This document shows, in pieces, positions 37,909-50,034 of a stretch of 64,000 nt of DNA (its first letter is position 1; every line of letters begins with the position of its first letter). The notes beneath the pieces were generated by a model that ran no database searches, was not told where the DNA came from, and saw only the letters and a program-made list of their open reading frames with translations. The stretch is from positions 48,192-112,191 of IMG/VR virus record IMGVR_UViG_3300017917_003565. One strand, 5' to 3'. This DNA comes from a virus. A program made the translations under genes and the position numbers.

Positions 37909-40125
37909 CTATCTATTTTTATATTGTGCATCCACCATCTCTGTGTGCAATCTGTCAGATCCTGTCATGAATCTACGTCCAGCTGGATTGTCTATATTAC
38001 GCTGACCTTTGTAGATCTCAAATGGTCGGTAACCCACGGCATCTGGCAGAACTGCTTTGCCATAGGCGTCAAATCCCGGAGTGAATCCCATGGCTTGGAT
38101 TACTACATTCTGCACAGCCACTTGAGCTTCTATAGTTGCAGCCTCGCCCATCTTGCTGGCAAGATTTTTGCCTTCTTCTACGGCTTTGGTACGTGCGGCT
38201 TCTAATCTGCGTTCGGCCAAGGCTTGACGTGTGGTCTTAGGTTGATCAGTAGAGGATGAACTGGCACTGGTTTTTGGTGCTGATGAATCTTTTGAATCTA
38301 CAGTCTTGGTTTCTTCTTTCTTTTCTTCTTTGGTTGCTACTACTGTGGCAATCACCGGTTGTGGTGCAGGCACCAATGGAACCGTGGCAGTGGTTGCTTG
38401 AGCTGGACTGGCCGAAGTAGCAGTAGCGGTTACTGTTTGATTGACCACCGGGTCTGCTATCACTGGTGGGTTGCTACTTTGATTGGTGGTGGTGGCCACC
38501 ACCACTGTTTCTTGCACTGGAGTAGACACGGTTGGTGTTGATGATCCTATGTTAAGGATATTTTTCTTGGCATAGGCCTCGGCATAGTTGGGACATTGAT
38601 TGCTGTACAACCCATCAAGATTACATTGTTGTGCAAAATATGCCTGGGCATACCCAGTGCATCCTGTGTCATACAGAGGGTTGGCAGTACATTGTTGCAC
38701 ATAATAGGCATCAGCATATCCTGGACATTGACTGTTGTACAAAGGATTCAAACTGCACTGTTGTGAAAAATAGGCCTGAGTATACCCAGGGCAGTTAGGA
38801 GAATACAAAGGATTAGCTGTGCATTGATAAACGAAATATGCGGCGGCATAGCCCGGGCATTGGGTATTATACAGGGCCGAGATGGTGCATTGTTGTGCGA
38901 AGTAAGCCTCGGCATACCCAGGGCAGGCAGGATTAGTCAGAGGATTAGAACAGTCAGTGGCCTGCGTGGAGTTAAGGCTCCAATCGGCAACCGATTTTCC
39001 AGGTATGCCAAAAAACTGATGTGTCTTTTCTCCCAAAGCCAGATTACCGATGGTTCCAATGGTCACTGTCTGCTGTGAATTTATGGAAGTATAGTTAGCT
39101 CCAATGTAGCCAGTGGGTCTCAGTTCTAGATTAAATGTGTTGAGGTTGGCACCATTGCTGATGTCTCCAATGTTTTTCCAGTGATAGCGTATGTGATTGG
39201 CATCTTTGGTGGTGTAGAATTCTGATGTTGGACCGGGATAGAGATCAGTCCAAAATGGTGCTATCAAGTAGTTGATCCTACTGCCAAGGCTGGCAGTATT
39301 TTGACCAAGGTCGGGCCCGCCACAGCAATAGGCCCACCCACCATCATTGGGTTCAATGAGGCTGAGAGGATCTAGAAAACTGACCACACCATTGCTGTGC
39401 ATCCAGGAGTTGGTAAACACCCGGCCATAGAAAGGAAATCCAAATGGCAAAGGCACATGAGCATAAGAATCATCACCAAATGTATAGTAGGTTTTGTAAC
39501 CCGGGCACGATGGCGACGATTGTGGGTTGACCACACAAGGATCTACACTATAGTTTAATCCCACATTGACGTTGCGTATCTGAGGACCGTAGTATCCTCC
39601 CCAGAATTTGTTATCCTGTCCGGAGAAACTGACTTCGAGATTGCCCACTGAAGCCAGGCCATAGGATTGGCTGAAATTCTGTGTGCCACTCTGTGTATAC
39701 CATTGATTGCCTTGCACAGGCATGGAATAGTTATAGGTCTGCAAGGCCGACCCTGTGGGGCTGGTCAGTCGGATCTGTCCAGTGAGTGATCCCTGACTTT
39801 CACCAAAGTTGTAATATTGCCAAGAGTAGTTATAACCACTGATCTGTATGCCTGTGCCACTGAGTGCTTGATTGATGGCTATGGCCTGCGCCACTGTGCC
39901 AGACTGCCAGGAAAAATAAATGGTATTGTTGGAAGAATTATAACCCGGAGGCCCACCTTCTCCTGGAGCACCGCCACCGGTGCCGGTGTAAGGTACCGCA
40001 CCAGACCAGGTATTGTTTATAAGATTGGGTGTGGTAGATGTCTGTGCTCGTACTGGTGCACTGAGCCATACATAAAACAGGCACAGGTACATAACCAGAA
40101 GAAAACGAGCAAACAGTCGCATCAC
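37909..40125 (-). CDS. secreted protein with NIDO-like domain and Cys-rich 22-aa repeats
   Basis: signal peptide; LPFGFPFYG...SNGVVSF...IAPFWTDL; six QCxxxxLYxxxCPGYAxAY repeats. Confidence 0.75.
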   Translation of the reverse strand: MMRLFARFLLVMYLCLFYVWLSAPVRAQTSTTPNLINNTWSGAVPYTGTGGGAPGEGGPPGYNSSNNTIYFSWQSGTVAQAIAINQALSGTGIQISGYNYSWQYYNFGESQGSLTGQIRLTSPTGSALQTYNYSMPVQGNQWYTQSGTQNFSQSYGLASVGNLEVSFSGQDNKFWGGYYGPQIRNVNVGLNYSVDPCVVNPQSSPSCPGYKTYYTFGDDSYAHVPLPFGFPFYGRVFTNSWMHSNGVVSFLDPLSLIEPNDGGWAYCCGGPDLGQNTASLGSRINYLIAPFWTDLYPGPTSEFYTTKDANHIRYHWKNIGDISNGANLNTFNLELRPTGYIGANYTSINSQQTVTIGTIGNLALGEKTHQFFGIPGKSVADWSLNSTQATDCSNPLTNPACPGYAEAYFAQQCTISALYNTQCPGYAAAYFVYQCTANPLYSPNCPGYTQAYFSQQCSLNPLYNSQCPGYADAYYVQQCTANPLYDTGCTGYAQAYFAQQCNLDGLYSNQCPNYAEAYAKKNILNIGSSTPTVSTPVQETVVVATTTNQSSNPPVIADPVVNQTVTATATSASPAQATTATVPLVPAPQPVIATVVATKEEKKEETKTVDSKDSSAPKTSASSSSTDQPKTTRQALAERRLEAARTKAVEEGKNLASKMGEAATIEAQVAVQNVVIQAMGFTPGFDAYGKAVLPDAVGYRPFEIYKGQRNIDNPAGRRFMTGSDRLHTEMVDAQYKNR
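38570..38960 (-). repeat. six tandem ~66-bp coding repeats (approximate bounds)
   Basis: period-22-aa Cys/Tyr repeat. Confidence 0.8.
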
Positions 40126-40658
40126 TGTTTCTCAGTAGGCCGATCAGGAATAACCGCTGGTGATTTAGTAGCGTAATGCCCTACATTCTCTTTTTTGGCC
40201 GAATCTAACACACCACGGCGTTCCCATTCTGTGCGAGCATCGGTGCCGATTTTGCCCTCCACTGGGCAGGGCGTGCCAGCCGCCATCATGGCAGTGAATA
40301 TACGATCATCTTGACAAAGCGTGGCCACAGCAGCCACTTTCATGCCCATGTCGTAGAGATTTTTACTGAGTTTGATGCGCTCGCAGTTCATGTCTCGCAT
40401 GGTTCCTCCCACGGAGATACCCAAGATCTGTGTTTGAACTGCACCTGATGCTGCCACAGCACACACATCATTGTTGATGGTGGTCACGGCAGGTGCCACA
40501 GCCGTGGGCGGCGGCGACTTGACCGTGGTTTCGCTGGTGTTGTGAGTGGTGCTACGCGAGGTTGAATCAGTGACGATTGGTTGTGCTTGTACTGGCAGTA
40601 CAAGCAAGGAAGCGGATATCACGGCCCATCCGCCAAGGCTTGCAAGTTTTTTGAACAT
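40122..40658 (-). CDS. secreted Cys-containing hypothetical protein
   Basis: signal peptide; SPPPTAVAP, DMNCERIKL, AGTPCP; four Cys. Confidence 0.7.
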   Translation of the reverse strand: MFKKLASLGGWAVISASLLVLPVQAQPIVTDSTSRSTTHNTSETTVKSPPPTAVAPAVTTINNDVCAVAASGAVQTQILGISVGGTMRDMNCERIKLSKNLYDMGMKVAAVATLCQDDRIFTAMMAAGTPCPVEGKIGTDARTEWERRGVLDSAKKENVGHYATKSPAVIPDRPTEKQ

Positions 40659-40756
40659 TTTTCATTGGATTGGTTTTGCCAATCTTCTCCACGTGTTCCT
40701 CTTAGTGGGAACATCGCATGTATTTAACTCAAAATGTCCTGCAAAAAATGCTGGTA

Positions 40757-41311
40757 TTAAATGGTTATAGGCAACCACAGCCATATGGCCTGGCTCATGA
40801 GTAACATGGCCAAAGAACCTACCGCGATACTGGCCTTGTACATCTTGGTATTCACTGCCAATATACTGGCAGTCAACAACACGATGGCTATTTGAAACAA
40901 ACTGCCAGCATAGGTATACCAGGGGCTGCGATTTTTAGCTTCAGAGCGCACAGCTTCATGAGCTCGAGCTTTGGCCATGAGTTCTTGTTTGCCCTCGCCA
41001 GATTTAGGATCTGACTCATAGCGATCAATCTTGGCCTGTAGATCTGAAGCCTTGCGCTTGTCACCGGCACGCACAGCATCTTCTTGTGCCATTTCGGCCA
41101 AAGTCTGCTTGATTGATTTGGCTTGATAGAATGCCCAGGTGTTGTTAGCGTCTATGGTGTTGTTTAATATTTTGCTTGAATTAGCACCACCCATAAGTGT
41201 GTTGATAGCCAACATGGCAGCCAGTACTGTGATTACCCAACCAGCTTTATCTTTGATCTGTGCTTCACGTTCACTGCGGCTCAGTGGTTTGACTTCTTTG
41301 ACTTCGCTCAT
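40757..41311 (-). CDS. DUF4337-like membrane protein
   Basis: WAFYQAKSIK, FQIAIVL; three TMs. Confidence 0.7.
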   Translation of the reverse strand: MSEVKEVKPLSRSEREAQIKDKAGWVITVLAAMLAINTLMGGANSSKILNNTIDANNTWAFYQAKSIKQTLAEMAQEDAVRAGDKRKASDLQAKIDRYESDPKSGEGKQELMAKARAHEAVRSEAKNRSPWYTYAGSLFQIAIVLLTASILAVNTKMYKASIAVGSLAMLLMSQAIWLWLPITI

Positions 41312-41351
41312 TGTAGGCTCCTATTGTTTTAATAATAGGAGTATTTAGCGT

Positions 41352-41699
41352 TTATTTTCGTATGACCGGGGACCAGTCGCTGGGAAGATCCTGTGTTTTC
41401 AATCGTTGGATTCGTGCACCAAACTCCGCATAAAATGAATCTAGTTCATTGCCCCATTTGCCTGTGAGATGTCCAATGGCCTGTTCACAGAAGTCCCAGT
41501 TTTTTTCTGCATAGTTTTTGATCAACTTGGCATGTAGTTCTTTGTTGGCATCCAGATTGGTCAACTCAGCAATGGGCACGTTTTCTACCACGCAGTAAGC
41601 GGTGTGTTTGTTGCCATCCGCCAACAGCAGAGTGTCTAACTCTAAAATGGTGTACTTGTCTTGATCTTCGGGCAGTGCTTCTTTGAATATTATGTTCAT
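41352..41699 (-). CDS. hypothetical protein
   Basis: KYTILELDT...LTGKWGNELDSFY. Confidence 0.6.
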   Translation of the reverse strand: MNIIFKEALPEDQDKYTILELDTLLLADGNKHTAYCVVENVPIAELTNLDANKELHAKLIKNYAEKNWDFCEQAIGHLTGKWGNELDSFYAEFGARIQRLKTQDLPSDWSPVIRK

Positions 41700-41725
41700 G
41701 GTATAAACCTCTGTAAATAGTTATC

Positions 41726-42520
41726 ATGCAGTTAGCCTTTGATTTAATTTCTGACTTACATGTTGAAACCTGGCCCGAAGATTTTGATTGGTCGTCTCAG
41801 GCTACCAGTGCTTATTGTGTAGTAGCTGGTGATGTATGCCGAGACCGAGATCTCTTGGTTCGTGCCCTTACCAATCTGGGACAGAGTTATCCTGGTGGAG
41901 TGTTCTACATCGACGGCAATGATGAGCATCGTAACCATTTGGAAGACCTCGGTAACAGTTATCTTGACCTAGATCATTTGGTCAGACCCATAGACAACTT
42001 GGTGTACCTACAGGACAATGTGGTGATCATCAATGGTGTAGCGTTCCTTGGAGCCAACGGTTGGTGGAACTTTGAGTTTGGCAGTGATATTGACGCTGAA
42101 CAAACACAGATGTGGTATCAACACAAACTAGGATTATCGGATCAGGCAATCGCAAGCATTGTTAGTTGCGCCAACGGTGACGCAGCTTATTTGATCAACA
42201 GCGTGAAGAAACTGCAAACACACAAAGAAGTTCATGCCATAGTCATGATCAGTCACACTGTGCCATCACCAGAGTTGGTGGCTCATGATCCTGAGTTGGC
42301 TGATACCTATAGATTCAACTGTGTTGGCAACAATCTGCTGCTACATGCCTTGGCAGCAGATTCAGAAAAAAAGATCAATACCTGGTGCTTTGGACACTAT
42401 CACAGCGCAGTGGATCAACTACACAATGGTATACGCTGGGTCAACAACTGCCGAGGCCGTGGGGATTCTCCTTGGCGGCAACACACTTATTTTCCCAAAA
42501 GAATCGAGATCAACTACTAG
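41726..42520 (+). CDS. calcineurin-like metallophosphoesterase
   Basis: SDLH, AGD, GNDEH, SHTVP, FGHYH, NCRG. Confidence 0.85.
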   Translation: MQLAFDLISDLHVETWPEDFDWSSQATSAYCVVAGDVCRDRDLLVRALTNLGQSYPGGVFYIDGNDEHRNHLEDLGNSYLDLDHLVRPIDNLVYLQDNVVIINGVAFLGANGWWNFEFGSDIDAEQTQMWYQHKLGLSDQAIASIVSCANGDAAYLINSVKKLQTHKEVHAIVMISHTVPSPELVAHDPELADTYRFNCVGNNLLLHALAADSEKKINTWCFGHYHSAVDQLHNGIRWVNNCRGRGDSPWRQHTYFPKRIEINY

Positions 42521-42825
42521 GAGATTTCAGGTTCTAGTTTAACCTGGAGAGGATAGTTGTTGGTACGAGCCTGTACCGTGACTTCAATGCCTTTTTGTTC
42601 GGCGATTTCATAGGGCAACACGGCTACCACTGCAGATCCTTCTTCGTGTATGTCATAGGTGATTTTGACTGCGGTCTGTTCGGTATAATCAAAGCTGGAT
42701 ACCAGCGTTTCTATCACAAACTCCATGGGGGTGGCATTGTCGTTGAGATATATGACCTTGAACATGGGCGGTTCTGCTAGACCATGATTGGTTTTAACTT
42801 TTGTAGCGGTATCTGCCTGAGACAT
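42517..42825 (-). CDS. clpS: N-end rule adaptor ClpS
   Basis: FKVIYLNDNATPMEFV, IHEEG, EIAEQK, YPL. Confidence 0.92.
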   Translation of the reverse strand: MSQADTATKVKTNHGLAEPPMFKVIYLNDNATPMEFVIETLVSSFDYTEQTAVKITYDIHEEGSAVVAVLPYEIAEQKGIEVTVQARTNNYPLQVKLEPEIS

Positions 42826-42884
42826 AAAGAGTCCTTGATTGTAGTGGAGAGCAACATGCCCTCCACTGTATTTACTATATTATA

Positions 42885-43325
42885 CTATTTTGTGTACGAG
42901 ATCGCAATGGTCTTTGGCTTGGCAGCTTCAGGCACACGACGCTCAAGACGCACGGTCAAGATACCATTTGTGCATTCTGCGCTGACTACTTCCACATAGT
43001 CGGCCATGGTAAATGTGCGTACAAAACGACGAGCACTGATTCCTTGATGCAGATACTCTGTGCCTAAAACCATGGCTTCAGGTTGCTTCTCACCGGTGAT
43101 CACTAGTTCTCCATCCTTGACAGAAACTTCGATCTCACCATCCACAAAGCCGGCTACGGCTACCTGTATTTCAAAGGTATCGTCACCTGTTTTAAGTATG
43201 TTATAGGGCGGATAGTTGGTTCCACTGGCATGATCGATTTGATCCATGATACGACCAAACAAACGATCTACACCAATGCTGTTGCGATAAAATGGAGTAA
43301 GATCCATAGCTGTGATTTTTGTCAT
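42885..43325 (-). CDS. small heat shock protein (IbpA/Hsp20)
   Basis: IGVDRLF, NYPPYNI, YLHQGISARRF, NGIL, IAI. Confidence 0.93.
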   Translation of the reverse strand: MTKITAMDLTPFYRNSIGVDRLFGRIMDQIDHASGTNYPPYNILKTGDDTFEIQVAVAGFVDGEIEVSVKDGELVITGEKQPEAMVLGTEYLHQGISARRFVRTFTMADYVEVVSAECTNGILTVRLERRVPEAAKPKTIAISYTK

Positions 43326-43399
43326 AATATTCTCCTTTCATTAAGCAAGTTATGACTGTAGTGTAGACCCGACCATCGGCGTCTACACTACTATTTATA
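43321..43399 (-). promoter_or_regulatory. TATAAATA promoter plus ROSE-like RNA thermometer
   Basis: 10-bp stem TAGTGTAGAC/GTCTACACTA; second hairpin GTCATAA-CTTGCT...AGGAG-TTATGAC masks SD and AUG. Confidence 0.7.
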
Positions 43400-43415
43400 A
43401 CAGATTATCTCTGTT

Positions 43416-45340
<1,925 letters not shown>

Positions 45341-45424
45341 AGTTAATCCTTGTAAAGTAAAGCACACCACTGATCAGGATGGTCAGCGGTAATCTTGATA
45401 GGTTGTTTGGAAGTTGACGCTAGG

Positions 45425-45448
45425 TCAGAAGATATATTGCATTGACAT
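45425..45448 (-). CDS. 7-aa leader ORF (MSMQYIF) upstream of groES
   Basis: strong SD AAGGAGG before the ATG, inside a ROSE-like hairpin. Confidence 0.45.
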   Translation of the reverse strand: MSMQYIF

Positions 45449-45538
45449 GTTATTCCTCCTTAATCTAAGCAAGTAATAGTGTAGACCCATTGGGCGTCTA
45501 CAAAACATATTTATAACACTTTTTCCTGGATCTGTCAA
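45446..45538 (-). promoter_or_regulatory. dual sigma70/late promoter plus ROSE-like leader for groESL
   Basis: TTGACA-N17-TATAAA overlapping TATAAATA; TGTAGA/TCTACA stem; CTTGCTT/AAGGAG; homologous to the hsp20 leader. Confidence 0.65.
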
Positions 45539-45565
45539 TATGACAATGACAGTTTTGGAAAGATA

Positions 45566-45787
45566 TCAGTAGAGTTTTTTAGGCAACTGTTGGTCACGCA
45601 GTTTGCGCAACCATCTTGCTCGGGCAGCGCCCTTTTTGCGTTTGCGCACAGTCGTGGGTTTTTCGTAGGTTTCACGGCTTCGTAGTTCATCTAGTAGGCC
45701 AGATTCCTGCACCTTTTTCTTAAACTTACGTAGAGCTTTTTCTACGTTGCCATCTTTGACAATCACACCCTTGCGATATTCTTTCAC
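45566..45787 (-). CDS. rpsU: ribosomal protein bS21
   Basis: [26 protein letters not shown]. Confidence 0.9.
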   Translation of the reverse strand: MKEYRKGVIVKDGNVEKALRKFKKKVQESGLLDELRSRETYEKPTTVRKRKKGAARARWLRKLRDQQLPKKLY

Positions 45788-46980
45788 GTATTTTCCTGTA
45801 CCAGTGTCATGGGTGTATTTACCTGGGTTTTATTGATAACCACACGCAGAATATTGTTGCGGGCGTACCTGGACAGATCAAACATGTGCGGCAACAATAC
45901 TCTCTCCAGCTCGCTGTGCAGGCCTCGGGCACCAGTATGAGTGTTTAATGTTCGTTCTGCTATCTGTTCCAGGCTTTCCTGATCAAACTCCAGTTCCACG
46001 CCATCGGCGCTAAACAAGGTCTGATATTGTTTGACAAAGTTTCCTCGTACCTGTGTCAAAATACTGATCAACTGTGCCTTGTCGAGATCGTGTAGATTTA
46101 CATAGGTACCAAATCTACCCACAAACTCAGGAATCATACCATACTTGACTAAGTCATCTGGAATCACTGTTTCCATAGGTATTGCTCGGTCACTTAGTTG
46201 TGCTCCAAATCCAATAGCAGTACCTCGGATCCTGTTTTGTATGATCTTGTCAAGACCCACAAATGCGCCTCCGGCTATGAATAAGATATTGGTAGTATCG
46301 ATCTCTACAGTTTCTCCTGCGGAAGTTTTTCTGGTACCCATAGCAGGTATGCGACACTTGGTGCCTTCGATAAGTTTTAACAAGGCCTGTTGTACTCCTT
46401 CTCCCGACACATCTCTGCTGACTGTGGCACTTTCACTTTTCCTGGCGATTTTGTCAATCTCATCTAAAAAAACTATGCCTCTTTGGCATGCGTCAATGTC
46501 TCCGTTGGCCGCTGTGTACAATCTTGAGATCATGCTTTCTACATCATCGCCCACATACCCTGCTTCAGTCAAGCAAGTGGCATCTGCTATCACAAACGGC
46601 ACTTCAAGATATCGAGCCACGGTGCGGGCCATCAAGGTCTTGCCAGTTCCTGTGGGTCCAATCATCAGTAGATTGGCCTTTTGTATCTCCATGCCTGGGC
46701 GGTTGATACGTTTGTAGTGATTGGCCACGGCCACGCTCAGCACGACCTTGGCTTGGTCCTGACCTACCACACACTGATCTAGATAATCACGTATGTCATG
46801 CGGATCCGGAATCTTTATGGCCGTGGATTTTTTCTGTGCAGTGGTTTTGGTGTCTCTCAGCAGAGTGCTACAAAGATCCACACATTCGTTGCAGATTGCT
46901 ACTTTATGACTGACAATGAGTTTGTTGACTTGATCCTTGTGTTTGTCACAAAAACTGCAATGATCATTGTTCACGGTCAT
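45784..46980 (-). CDS. clpX: Clp protease ATP-binding subunit ClpX
   Basis: CSFC...CNEC zinc domain, [28 protein letters not shown] loop, TGARGL. Confidence 0.95.
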   Translation of the reverse strand: MTVNNDHCSFCDKHKDQVNKLIVSHKVAICNECVDLCSTLLRDTKTTAQKKSTAIKIPDPHDIRDYLDQCVVGQDQAKVVLSVAVANHYKRINRPGMEIQKANLLMIGPTGTGKTLMARTVARYLEVPFVIADATCLTEAGYVGDDVESMISRLYTAANGDIDACQRGIVFLDEIDKIARKSESATVSRDVSGEGVQQALLKLIEGTKCRIPAMGTRKTSAGETVEIDTTNILFIAGGAFVGLDKIIQNRIRGTAIGFGAQLSDRAIPMETVIPDDLVKYGMIPEFVGRFGTYVNLHDLDKAQLISILTQVRGNFVKQYQTLFSADGVELEFDQESLEQIAERTLNTHTGARGLHSELERVLLPHMFDLSRYARNNILRVVINKTQVNTPMTLVQENT

Positions 46981-46981
46981 G

Positions 46982-48541
46982 TTATGCTGATCCTTGTTGG
47001 TTGGTCAACTTTCTTTCAATGCTGTCACGTTCGGCGTCGCTGAGTAGATCTGGATCGTATTCGCCAGATTCAATCTTGGCTATGAGATGATCAATGTAGG
47101 CATCATCATAGGCATAGATGTCGGTCAAAGCCTTGTCTACTTCTACCCAGAGATTTCCATTGAACTTGTACAAGGTGCTGGGCAACTGATCCACACGCAG
47201 GAACATATCACCTTTCTTGGGATTAAATGGAAAACTGGTTCCAAATCCTTTGACTTCTCCTTTGAGTCCTGTGGGTGCATTATCAGCTTCTAATCCCTGT
47301 GTGGCCATTACACGGGCCTGGAACTCGGAATCTTGCCAGGGCAACTGTTGTATGGCTCCTGAAGCCAGGAGATATCGTTGGCGTTTGAGAGTGTCATCAG
47401 GATTTTCAACCTTCCAGGCACGTTCAGCCAGTTTTTCTGGTGTGTTGATGTTTTCATCCGTGGATTCGTCGGGCAGTGTAGGGGTATTGAGAGGGGCATG
47501 CTCGGCTTCGGAGTCACGTATGACCAATCGCTTGGCATTGGCCCACATGCTGTCAAGGCCTTCAAATATGGACTTTTTCTTGATGGGTTCTTCGACGGGT
47601 GGTTCATATGTACCTGTGTCGATGGACTGAGCCACATTCCGAGCTCGATCAAAAAACACTGTGGTGTCTGTATCTACCTTAGCTTCTTGAAGTTGAGCAT
47701 TGAGTTGATTTATCTGGTCGTCGCTGAGCGAGTTGTTGTCCGGCTCGTAATCAGTGCGTCGTTTACCTGTGGCAAATATGTTTACACCCTGTTCCCATTC
47801 CAAGGTCTTGGTCGCGGCCAACAACAAGGTCAGAGCTAATGGATCAAACACTATGACGATCAAAATAATGACCCAACGCACAGCCTTTTCTAACACATTG
47901 GCCTCAGGATTGTCGCCATAGATCAAAGCCGCTATGTATTTGATTGGCCCAACTTCAGCCTCGACTTTCCGTGCTTCGCTGGCTATAGGTGCTCGTTGTT
48001 CTTGTAGTTTGACGATTTCAGCCTGAGCCCGAGAGATGTCTGCGTTGAGTCTGTTGCGTTCAGTACCCTGGCTACGTCGAAGATTGGCCGCACGTTGCGC
48101 ACCTTGTTCGTCGTTGCTGCGGGCCATCTGTTGATCCACTGCTTCGTCCATCTGCCGCAGAGCCTTGCGAGCGGCTTCGATGTTATCACGCTGTGATTTT
48201 ATTTTGTCGTCAAATATGGCTACCTGGGCCTGTATATCACCTGACGGAACTGCTTGATCTAGGTGCGCTTTGGACAAGAATCCAAACACACCCATGCTGG
48301 TAAGAACCATGAGTATGGCCACTGCGCTTGATAGATATATTTTGTATTGTAGTTCGGCTCGGTGCCAGTATCTATGTAACCACAAGGTACTGACTATTTT
48401 GCCCACTTCTAGGCTCGATCCCAAGATCACAATGGGCCAAAAAGCCGCGGCAAATATAGCCGTAAGGCCTAGTATAGAATAATAGGCAGCACTGACCGAG
48501 ATGATCAGTGCAGTTGCGAGAGTAAGTAAACCAAACCACAT
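46982..48541 (-). CDS. membrane protein with long coiled coil
   Basis: TMs, FGFLSKAH, EVGPIKY, VFDPLA; acidic C-terminus. Confidence 0.7.
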   Translation of the reverse strand: MWFGLLTLATALIISVSAAYYSILGLTAIFAAAFWPIVILGSSLEVGKIVSTLWLHRYWHRAELQYKIYLSSAVAILMVLTSMGVFGFLSKAHLDQAVPSGDIQAQVAIFDDKIKSQRDNIEAARKALRQMDEAVDQQMARSNDEQGAQRAANLRRSQGTERNRLNADISRAQAEIVKLQEQRAPIASEARKVEAEVGPIKYIAALIYGDNPEANVLEKAVRWVIILIVIVFDPLALTLLLAATKTLEWEQGVNIFATGKRRTDYEPDNNSLSDDQINQLNAQLQEAKVDTDTTVFFDRARNVAQSIDTGTYEPPVEEPIKKKSIFEGLDSMWANAKRLVIRDSEAEHAPLNTPTLPDESTDENINTPEKLAERAWKVENPDDTLKRQRYLLASGAIQQLPWQDSEFQARVMATQGLEADNAPTGLKGEVKGFGTSFPFNPKKGDMFLRVDQLPSTLYKFNGNLWVEVDKALTDIYAYDDAYIDHLIAKIESGEYDPDLLSDAERDSIERKLTNQQGSA

Positions 48542-48557
48542 AATCTAATATTTACCG

Positions 48558-49013
48558 TTAGTTCCAGGTCCTGTGATCCTCGGCCACACATTCCATGCCA
48601 TCATATTCCTCGATGATCCATGACACATCGGCAGGTATCCGTACCACTTTTAATCGGGCATGTTCTCCCCAGCAGGCAGGTCCCAATTCTCGGACCAGTT
48701 GCACCAGCACAGGATCATCTCTGGGAATGTCATTGCCGCTCCAATGGCGTTGATTCACTATAATGTGCGGGCCCCAGCGATCATTGCTATGGCGATCATC
48801 TCTGGGTATGGTATGATAAGGTATTTTATTGCGCTCTAGCCAGGCGATTTCAGTATCTCGACTGAGTCCATAGCCTCCGTGTTGACAGTTGATCACAATG
48901 TCACGGAATCCGCGTAGATGTTGTATCAACAGGTCGTGATCTGGGTTTGATCTACTGTCAATCGGGTTGCCACAGGTAGGGCATCTTTGACCGTTTATTT
49001 CTTGCCCGGCCAT
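48558..49013 (-). CDS. conserved phage hypothetical protein
   Basis: VIN..HGGYGLS, RDDPVLVQLVRELG, IEEYDG.E. Confidence 0.65.
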   Translation of the reverse strand: MAGQEINGQRCPTCGNPIDSRSNPDHDLLIQHLRGFRDIVINCQHGGYGLSRDTEIAWLERNKIPYHTIPRDDRHSNDRWGPHIIVNQRHWSGNDIPRDDPVLVQLVRELGPACWGEHARLKVVRIPADVSWIIEEYDGMECVAEDHRTWN

Positions 49014-49207
49014 GTCTTACTAAACAGATTGAATTCACGTTCGTTGGTTATGATACGAGATTCTAATCTGTCAACCCTGCGCTGTAGATTGATGGTGCGT
49101 ATCAGTAGGATAGCCAAAGCTGCGATCAGCAGAGTTATGGTAACACCCCACCCGGCAATAATACCATAGGTCCATAACCACAAAGAATCTACTGCGTCGG
49201 CCAGCAA
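48995..49207 (-). CDS. small membrane protein
   Basis: TM and coil. Confidence 0.45.
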   Translation of the reverse strand: MLADAVDSLWLWTYGIIAGWGVTITLLIAALAILLIRTINLQRRVDRLESRIITNEREFNLFSKTWPGKK

Positions 49208-49339
49208 GTTAACGGGATTGATTTTGTTTTCCTATCGAACGTTGTTTATAATCACATAATACATGATAACCCATCTGATAGCAAGAACAGTGATTGCCTA
49301 ATATCTTGCGGGCCAACCAAATTCGAAATCGTTTGATCA

Positions 49340-50023
49340 TCAATCTTTCTTGCCGCCAAACAACTGTAGTAAGCTGAGGAATAGATTGATAAAGTCCAGA
49401 TACAAACTCAATGCACCCAGGATCTCCATTTTGCCGTCGTTTTCGTAGCTGACCATTTCACGGATCTTTTGTGTGTCATAGGCGGTAAGGCCCAGAAACA
49501 CTAACACAGCAATAGCCGAAATCACCATTTGGAACAACGTAGATCCAAGGAAGATGTTGATCACAGAAGCGATGATGATAGCGATTAGACCAATGGTCAA
49601 GAAACTGCCAAAGCCCGATAGATCCTTCTTGGTAAAATAACCATAAAAACTCATCACACCGAACAAAACCGCGCCGGCCATGAATGCACTCACGATGGAT
49701 CCCAAGTTGTATACATGGAAGATCGTGGCGAAACTCAACCCCATGAGAGCCGCGAAACCATGTAAGAAAGCCTGTGCCGCGAACTTGGTCATGCGTTCAT
49801 AGGCAAATCCTGCTGCCAATATGGCCACCAATGGTGCAAAAATCACCACCCATTTCATGGCGCCTGTAAAGAAAAACTGCATGGCACTGGCGCTGCTGGC
49901 CACCAACAGGCTGACTATCATGCTGGTCACTACAGCCAAGCCCATGTTTCCATACACCCGCCCCATGGCAGCATTTATGGCACTGGCTGATCTGTAAATA
50001 CCTATCATCGTATTAGTATACAT
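49340..50023 (-). CDS. Bax inhibitor-1/YccA family membrane protein
   Basis: about seven TMs; TKKDLS, TAYDTQKI, ALSLYLDFINLF. Confidence 0.92.
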   Translation of the reverse strand: MYTNTMIGIYRSASAINAAMGRVYGNMGLAVVTSMIVSLLVASSASAMQFFFTGAMKWVVIFAPLVAILAAGFAYERMTKFAAQAFLHGFAALMGLSFATIFHVYNLGSIVSAFMAGAVLFGVMSFYGYFTKKDLSGFGSFLTIGLIAIIIASVINIFLGSTLFQMVISAIAVLVFLGLTAYDTQKIREMVSYENDGKMEILGALSLYLDFINLFLSLLQLFGGKKD

Positions 50024-50034
50024 TGTCTATCTCC

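Noticed and set aside
38570-38960. CRISPR-like periodic repeat
   Set aside because: Degenerate in-frame coding repeats, no invariant repeat/spacer pattern, no cas genes
45380-45448. Readthrough or frameshift fusing the leader ORF to groES
   Set aside because: Further in-frame TGA stops follow and no convincing slippery site is present
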